DNA from: Candidatus Multivorans sp.
GTDB taxonomy: Bacteria > Acidobacteriota > Thermoanaerobaculia > Multivoradales > Multivoraceae
Assembly (NCBI GenBank): GCA_965224025.1
Contig: OZ245033.1
Coordinates: forward strand, 2,592,001-2,656,000
Direction of reading: 5' to 3'
DNA length: 64,000 bases
Shown here piece by piece: positions 58,035-64,000 of this stretch. Position 1 is the first letter of the stretch. Each line of letters opens with the position of its first letter. Both the position numbers and the translations under genes were made by a program. The notes below the pieces were generated by a model. It was given only the letters and a program-made list of their open reading frames with translations. It was not told the origin of the DNA and made no database searches.

Positions 58035-58841
58035 CTAGTAGCGCCGAGGGAAGTTGACCGTCAGAAGCCAGTACACGGCGACCGGCTCCCCGTGAAGAGT
58101 CGCGGGCTTGAACTTGTGGCGCTCCGCGTACTTCAGTGCTTCCCTTGCGAACCCGTAACCGGGATCCTGCAGCACGCTCGTGTGAGCGACCCTTCCGTGC
58201 TCATCGATGACCATTCCGAAGACCACGGCACCCCTGACGCCGGCGCTGCGCGCCTCTGGCGGGTGCCTCGGTGCCGCCGGCCTGTTCTTCCGCACCGGCC
58301 GCTCCATGCCTTTCACCGGTTCGCCATCTACCGATAGGGTGTGGATCTGCCGGTCCCCAAACTTCTTGCGAACGGCCTCGAGATCGGCCTCGATGACGAT
58401 TTGGATGGCCACTCCGTAGTGCTCGGCGCCGTTGCCCCGTTGGTTCACATAGCGGCGCGCCGACCTGACCGCCACATCGTTCAGTCCCTCTTCCTTCGCT
58501 GCGGCGGCGTGCACGAACCAGAAGAGAGTCGGGAGTTCCAGGTCTTCGTGCAGCGTCTTGAGTTCGACGATGTTGTTCAAGGTCGTGAGAGCTTGAGATG
58601 AAAGCCCCTGTTCGACGAGGTCTACGGAGTACAACCACCAGCGTTCGACCTCGGCCGCTGGCGTCGTCCGGGCTTGCGCGAACCCGGGTCCGACGGCAAG
58701 CAGTGGAAGAAGAACGGCGGCGCAATGAGCTCGCCGAGCGAGCACCTGCTTACACTGCACGAATCCTGAGGGCATGCGGAAGAACCTCCGAGGACGGACA
58801 CACGGCGACCTTAGGATAGCGCCCGTCTGGTTCAGGTACAC
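58035..58841 (-). CDS. TonB C-terminal domain protein with helical N-terminal module (start uncertain)
   Basis: ARSAGVRGAVVFGMVIDEHGRV, KFKPATLHGEPV. Confidence 0.78.
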   Translation of the reverse strand: MYLNQTGAILRSPCVRPRRFFRMPSGFVQCKQVLARRAHCAAVLLPLLAVGPGFAQARTTPAAEVERWWLYSVDLVEQGLSSQALTTLNNIVELKTLHEDLELPTLFWFVHAAAAKEEGLNDVAVRSARRYVNQRGNGAEHYGVAIQIVIEADLEAVRKKFGDRQIHTLSVDGEPVKGMERPVRKNRPAAPRHPPEARSAGVRGAVVFGMVIDEHGRVAHTSVLQDPGYGFAREALKYAERHKFKPATLHGEPVAVYWLLTVNFPRRY

Positions 58842-58931
58842 TTACTGGGCACTGACCAAGGATCCGAGCAAGCGATTCCTTGGCCGTCGACAGCGGACGT
58901 AGCGGTCCGCACCAACGGGAGCACCCGAAGA

Positions 58932-60263
58932 ATGAAGACCCAGACCTCTCGTCCCATCCTGCTCATGCTCACCGCCGCCGTTGCCCTCCCGGGCATCGCC
59001 TTGACCGCCGACGCGGAGACGCCGACCTTCTACGCCGACGTGTTGCCGGTCCTGCAGGAGAACTGCCAGACCTGCCACCGGCCCGACGGCCAGGGCGAGA
59101 ACATCGGCGGCATGATCGCGCCGATGCCGCTGATGACCTACCAGCAGACCCGCCCCTGGGCGCATTCCATCGCGCGTGCGGTCGAGAACCGCTCGATGCC
59201 GCCCTGGTTCGCGACCGAGGCGACCCGCGGGCAGTTCCACCATGAGCGGGTGATGTCCGACGACGAGATCGAGACGGTTCTGGCCTGGGTCTCGGGCGGC
59301 GCGCCGGCCGGCGACGCCGCGGACGCTCCACCGCCGAAGAAGTTCGTCGAGGAAGGCTCGGGCGGCTGGTCGCTCGGGCGCCCCGACCTGGTTGTGCCGA
59401 TGCCCGAGGAGCATTGGGTGGCCGACGACATTGCCGACATCAATATCAACTTCGAGACCGAACTGACGGAAGAGATCCTGCCGGAGCCGGTCTGGGTGCG
59501 CGGCGTCGAGTTCAAGGTCGGGAGCAACGATGTCCATCACATGTGCGCGAGCATCCGGCCGCCCGGCGGCGCGACCGCGCTCGGCAAGTTCAGCGACAGT
59601 TCGCTTGGCTGCATCGCGCTGGGGGCCGAGAGCCACCTGATGGAGCCCGGCTACGCGATGAAGCTCGAGCCCGGATCGACGATCGAGTTCTCCATGCACT
59701 ACAACAAGGAGGCGGGCGAGGGCAGCGGTTTCTCCGATCGCTCCGAGATCGGCTTCGTGTTCGCCGATGTGCCGGAGAGCGAGCTGCGCGAGGTCAAGTT
59801 CGACTCGATCGGCAACCTCACGTTCGAGATTCCGCCCGGCCACGAGCGCTGGAAGGTCGGCGCCGCGAGGGTCTTCCCGGTGGAGACGGACATCCTGGCC
59901 CTGTGGCCGCACGCCCACCTGCGGTCGGTCGCGGTCCGCTACGACGCCTTCTACACCGACGGTACGACCGAGGTCCTGCTCGACGTGCCGAACTACGACC
60001 AGGAGTGGCAGACGACCTACCAGTACAAGAAGCCGAAGACGATCCCCGCCGGCACCCGGGTCGAGGTCTCGATGTGGTTCGAGAACACGCCCGAGCGCGG
60101 CGAGATTCGTGGATTCGATCCGGCGGACAACGTGGTCAACGGCACCGCCACGACCGATGAGATGATGCTGGGCTTCGTCGCCTGGGCGCCCGTCGAGCCG
60201 GTCGATCCGATCGCGCTTCGGCTCGGTCTCACCTCGATTCAGAGCACCGGCGGCGGGGAGTAG
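58932..60263 (+). CDS. Secreted cytochrome c / copper type II monooxygenase-like protein (paralog of 11834-13153)
   Basis: CQTCH, DVHH, PHAH, DEMM. Confidence 0.82.
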   Translation: MKTQTSRPILLMLTAAVALPGIALTADAETPTFYADVLPVLQENCQTCHRPDGQGENIGGMIAPMPLMTYQQTRPWAHSIARAVENRSMPPWFATEATRGQFHHERVMSDDEIETVLAWVSGGAPAGDAADAPPPKKFVEEGSGGWSLGRPDLVVPMPEEHWVADDIADININFETELTEEILPEPVWVRGVEFKVGSNDVHHMCASIRPPGGATALGKFSDSSLGCIALGAESHLMEPGYAMKLEPGSTIEFSMHYNKEAGEGSGFSDRSEIGFVFADVPESELREVKFDSIGNLTFEIPPGHERWKVGAARVFPVETDILALWPHAHLRSVAVRYDAFYTDGTTEVLLDVPNYDQEWQTTYQYKKPKTIPAGTRVEVSMWFENTPERGEIRGFDPADNVVNGTATTDEMMLGFVAWAPVEPVDPIALRLGLTSIQSTGGGE

Positions 60264-60273
60264 GTAAACGGAA

Positions 60274-60942
60274 ATGACCGGTTTGCGCGGGTGGCGGCTG
60301 CCTTCGGTCGCCGCCCTCCTGCTGCTCTCGGCAGCGGCGTTTGCGGCACCGGCGACGGGCCAGTTCTCCGAGACCGATGAAGTCATCGAGAAGCCCTCGA
60401 AGGAGGGTGAGGGTCGCAAGCTCGACGCCTCGGGGCTGACCAACGCCTTCGCGCTGCTGGTCAACGCGACCCGTTCGATCGACAGTGCCGAGATCGGCGG
60501 CGGCACCGTCGAGGTCAATGCCGGAAGGCTGCCGCTCCTCGGCGTGGATTGGGAGGCGTTGCAGGAACACGAACAGGGCTTGTTCGAGTTTCAGACCGCG
60601 GCGGCGATCAAGCTGCGCGCGGAAGCCGACATCGTGGTCGGTAACCTCGAGGTGCCGTCCGGCAACGTCTCACCCGGTTTCGCGGGTCTCTACAGCTTGT
60701 GGATCCGCCTGGACGACGATGGCCAGTGGATGCTGATCGTGAACCACGAACCGGATGTCTGGGGCACGATGCACGATCCGTCCAAGGACCTGGGCGAGAC
60801 GCCGCTTGACCACTCGATCGTGGAAGGGGGCAAGTCAAGCCTGACGATCGAGATCGATCCGCCCGAAGGTGGCGCGCCGGGCACGCTCAAGCTCTCCTGG
60901 GGCGAGCACCGCTGGCAGACTCAGGTCGCCGCTGCCGGCTAG
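60274..60942 (+). CDS. DUF2911-like secreted protein
   Basis: GLYSLW, WMLIVN, WGTMHDPSKD, LSWGEHRW. Confidence 0.7.
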   Translation: MTGLRGWRLPSVAALLLLSAAAFAAPATGQFSETDEVIEKPSKEGEGRKLDASGLTNAFALLVNATRSIDSAEIGGGTVEVNAGRLPLLGVDWEALQEHEQGLFEFQTAAAIKLRAEADIVVGNLEVPSGNVSPGFAGLYSLWIRLDDDGQWMLIVNHEPDVWGTMHDPSKDLGETPLDHSIVEGGKSSLTIEIDPPEGGAPGTLKLSWGEHRWQTQVAAAG

Positions 60943-60981
60943 GAGGGGCAACGCAGGCGCGTTGCACTTCCGCACGGCGAT

Positions 60982-62262
60982 CTAGCCGCCCAGGGAACTC
61001 GTGGCTACGGGCGCGATGGGCCGTGCCCCGAGCACGGGCGCGCGCAAGCCGAAGGCGACGAAGGCGCCGACGAGGCAGAGCCCGGTCAGGACGGACAGGG
61101 TCAGAACGTGGGAGCCCGACCAGTCCGAGAGAACGCCGGCAATGAGCGGTGCGGCGGGGGAGATGACGCCGGTGATCGCGAAGCGGATGCCCACGGTCGT
61201 GGCGAAGGCGCGGCGGCCGTAGAAGGCCGAATAGACGACGGGGATGCAGACGTAGGCGGCGCCGAAACCGAGTCCGATCAGGACCATGGACAGGTAAGCC
61301 ACGAACTCGGTGTTCGCGACGATGAACAGCGCGCAGCCGATGCCCTCCAGGATGAGGACGACGCCGAGCAGACGCTGGGGGGTCATGAAGTCGCCGAGGA
61401 AGGCGCTGAGACGGCCGAAGAGGCTGACCAGCACGCGGGCGCCGAGGATCGACCCCGCCATGGCCGTGGTGAAGCCGAGGGCAGCCAGGTGGAGGCGGCC
61501 GAAGACCGCGATGACGCCCCAGGGCACCCCGTAGGCGACCGACAGGCCAACCAGGACGTAGAACTGTGACGTACGCAGAGCGAGCGGCGCCGTCCATTCG
61601 CCGCGTACGGCTGGTCTGGACGAGGTTGCGACCTCAGGTTCCGTGCCGCCCGTGCCTCCGTCGGGCTCCTGACCGATCTTCTCCGGCTCGCCGCGCATGA
61701 ACAGCGCTGCCAGGACGGCAACGATGGCGGAGATTCCGGCGATGATGAGCCAGCCCGTGCGCCAATCGGCGACCTCGAGGATTCCCGGGGCAAAGTACTT
61801 CAGCGTCAAGTAGCCGACGACCGCCCCGCCGGCGAGAATCAGGGCCATCGCTCGTGAGCGGAAGCGTATGAACCAGTTCGAGGCCAGGGCCTGGGCCGCG
61901 AGAATGGTGCCGATGCCGATCGCGATTCCGCCCAGCACGGCGTACGCGAACATGGCGTCGGCGAACGAGTCGACCCGGCTCATGAGCCAGAAGGCGAGGA
62001 TCCCGACCACGGCGCCGAGGCTCATCATGGAACGGATGCCCCAGCGTCCGATCGCGAAGCCGGCCAAGGGCCCGAGCCCATGGTAGATCCAACTGAAGAC
62101 GCTGAAGATCAGACCGCCCTGGGTGTCGTTCATGCCGAGGTCCTGCTGCATCTCGGGCAGGAAGAAGCCCCAGCAGTAGTACATCGGCGAGATGGCCAAG
62201 CCATAGCAGACCGAGCCGAGCCCGATCATCTTCCAGCCGAGGAATCCGCGCTCGCTGGTCAG
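60982..62262 (-). CDS. MFS transporter (start CTG 62262 or ATG 62229)
   Basis: About 12 hydrophobic segments; GRWGIR and GRLSAFLGD loop motifs. Confidence 0.88.
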   Translation of the reverse strand: MTSERGFLGWKMIGLGSVCYGLAISPMYYCWGFFLPEMQQDLGMNDTQGGLIFSVFSWIYHGLGPLAGFAIGRWGIRSMMSLGAVVGILAFWLMSRVDSFADAMFAYAVLGGIAIGIGTILAAQALASNWFIRFRSRAMALILAGGAVVGYLTLKYFAPGILEVADWRTGWLIIAGISAIVAVLAALFMRGEPEKIGQEPDGGTGGTEPEVATSSRPAVRGEWTAPLALRTSQFYVLVGLSVAYGVPWGVIAVFGRLHLAALGFTTAMAGSILGARVLVSLFGRLSAFLGDFMTPQRLLGVVLILEGIGCALFIVANTEFVAYLSMVLIGLGFGAAYVCIPVVYSAFYGRRAFATTVGIRFAITGVISPAAPLIAGVLSDWSGSHVLTLSVLTGLCLVGAFVAFGLRAPVLGARPIAPVATSSLGG

Positions 62263-62299
62263 GGGCGCTTCCTTTGTCTCGGCTTGACTTGACTACTGA

Positions 62300-63904
62300 C
62301 TACTGCCCGCGGATCGCTTCGAGCCGGTCGTTGATCTCGCGTTCCAGGGCGGTGCCCGTCCTCACCTCGTCGCCGAACTCGAGGTACGCCTGCTTCTTTC
62401 CATCGAACTCCGGCCACGCCGGCCGGCCGCCGCCGTTGGGATCGCCGGTGCGGGCGAACTGGACCCAGTAGTCGATCATCAGCGCCGCGAGAGCGTCATC
62501 CGTGTCGTCGTAGTTCTCGCCCAGGAGCGTGTTGAAGACGTATCCGAGTTCGGCCGCATGGTGCGCGCCCCAGGCCGGGTTCTCCGGGTTCACGCGGGTG
62601 AAGAAGTACTGGAACGCGGGCGAGGAGACGTTGTCCATGCCGAGCAGCATCTTGCGGGTGCCGCGGAGGAACCAGGTGTCGGTGAGGAAGCGGTCGTGCT
62701 GCACCTTGAGCTCGTCGGCGTTGGACGACGGGTAGAGCGCGGCGACCTTGTGGGCTGCGTCGCCGTACACCCCTTCAAGCAGCTCGAGGAATTGCGCCCG
62801 TTCAGTGAGCGGCTGGAAGGCCATGAACATCGTGCCCTCGTTGCGGTTCGTGCCCGCGATCAGGGGTACGTCGTTCTGCTTGCCGCCGGCGTACCGGTCC
62901 TCGCTCGACTCGGGCATGAAGGCCGTGTCGTAGGTGACGTGAGGTTCGTAGCTTCCGAGTGCGCCGCCCTGGGCGGTCCGGGTGATGATCGTGCCGGCGT
63001 CGAGGGCCCGCAGTGCATCCGCGGTCTGCTCTGCGCCGTCGCCGAGCATCGCCTTGGCCCAGGCGACGCCGACATCCTCCGCGCTGGCGAGCGAACCGGC
63101 CGCTTCCTGGAGGGGACGGATGTTCGTGTCCGTGACCCACGGGCTCTCCGCGATCGCCCGGTGGATGAGGCTGGCCGCCCGCGGGCTCGCCAACAGGGCG
63201 TGAACGCTGGTGCCGCCGGCGGACTCGCCGAAGATCGTCACGTTGCCTTGGTCGCCTCCGAACCGGGCGATGTTCCGGTTGACCCACTCGAGTGCCGCGA
63301 TCTGGTCGAGGAAACCGTAGTTGCCGGATGCGCCGCCGGCCTCCTTGGACAGCGCGGGGTGGGCGAGGTAGCCGAGCGGCCCGAGCCGGTAGTTGATCGA
63401 CACGAGGACCACGCCCCTGGCGGCGAAGGCGGAGCCGTCATAGGGGACCTGGTTGCTCCAGCCGAGGCTCAGGCCTCCCCCGTGGATCCAGACCATCACC
63501 GGCCGCGGGTCGTCGCCTTCCCCGGCCGCCGTCCATACGTTCAGGAACAGGCAGTCCTCGGAATTCTCCGGCAGGGACTCGCCGGTCATCATGGCCAGAG
63601 CCGGGCTCTGAGGACAGATGGCGCCGAACTCGGTGGCTTCTCTGACGCCGCTCCACTTCGCCGGCGGTAGCGGCGCCTTCCAGCGCAGCTCGCCCTCGGG
63701 GGCCGCCGCGTAGGGAATCCCGCGATAGACGGTCAAGCCGCTCGCCTCGTCGAGGACTTCGCCGCGCAGCGAACCCGTGTCGATGTCGACGACGGCTGCG
63801 GCGCTGCCGGCGCCGTTCGCACTCGATGTCGGCAGGAAGGTGGCGGTGAGTACGGTCGCGGCGGCGACGAGCGAAGCGGCGGCGCGGAAACGGCGGATAG
63901 TCAT
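62300..63904 (-). CDS. Type B carboxylesterase/lipase
   Basis: GIPYAA, EDCLFLNVW, WIHGGG, FGESAGG, GAHHAAEL. Confidence 0.93.
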   Translation of the reverse strand: MTIRRFRAAASLVAAATVLTATFLPTSSANGAGSAAAVVDIDTGSLRGEVLDEASGLTVYRGIPYAAAPEGELRWKAPLPPAKWSGVREATEFGAICPQSPALAMMTGESLPENSEDCLFLNVWTAAGEGDDPRPVMVWIHGGGLSLGWSNQVPYDGSAFAARGVVLVSINYRLGPLGYLAHPALSKEAGGASGNYGFLDQIAALEWVNRNIARFGGDQGNVTIFGESAGGTSVHALLASPRAASLIHRAIAESPWVTDTNIRPLQEAAGSLASAEDVGVAWAKAMLGDGAEQTADALRALDAGTIITRTAQGGALGSYEPHVTYDTAFMPESSEDRYAGGKQNDVPLIAGTNRNEGTMFMAFQPLTERAQFLELLEGVYGDAAHKVAALYPSSNADELKVQHDRFLTDTWFLRGTRKMLLGMDNVSSPAFQYFFTRVNPENPAWGAHHAAELGYVFNTLLGENYDDTDDALAALMIDYWVQFARTGDPNGGGRPAWPEFDGKKQAYLEFGDEVRTGTALEREINDRLEAIRGQ

Positions 63905-64000
63905 GAACTCTCCTTCTCGATGCTTGGGCTCGACTGGGGAGTCGAGGTCCGATGGCGGTCATCGCGGTTGGCCTGTAGCCGAAGGCGGCATCCTAGCCGA

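Noticed and set aside
62284-62305. Short tandem duplications (ttgacttgactactgactactg)
   Set aside because: Too short; likely slippage around the esterase stop codon
1-64000. CRISPR array, rRNA, reverse transcriptase, DGR template repeat, transposase or integrase
   Set aside because: None seen on reading; no regularly spaced repeats, no RT motif in a plausible ORF, and no second copy of the VR

Overview
GC-rich bacterial window. The gene repertoire (secreted cytochrome c/copper-monooxygenase-like proteins, NHL lipoprotein, FGE-sulfatase, HupE/UreJ, DUF3604 remnant, many TA pairs) suggests an Acidobacteriota-like, possibly sponge-associated genome; this is an inference. Most of it is catabolic or housekeeping genes. 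Three things stand out. (1) A four-gene Druantia type I-like anti-phage cassette (13.4-24.2 kb) sits between the two arms of a 30-bp inverted repeat; an 'empty' ~180-bp relative of that element lies at 27.6 kb and no transposase is present. (2) An FGE-sulfatase/C-type-lectin-fold gene (47.0-48.0 kb) has the hallmarks of a diversity-generating retroelement variable repeat plus a downstream hairpin, but there is no RT or template repeat in the window. (3) A nitrogen locus has GlnE carrying two internal GlnD-like ACT domains, facing a P-II protein that lacks the Tyr51 modification site, plus amtB and a copper amine oxidase. There are also three vapBC-type TA pairs, REP-like hairpins and at least five broken genes. 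No rRNA, intact tRNA, CRISPR array, transposase or integrase was seen. All family assignments come from motif recognition by eye, not database searches.
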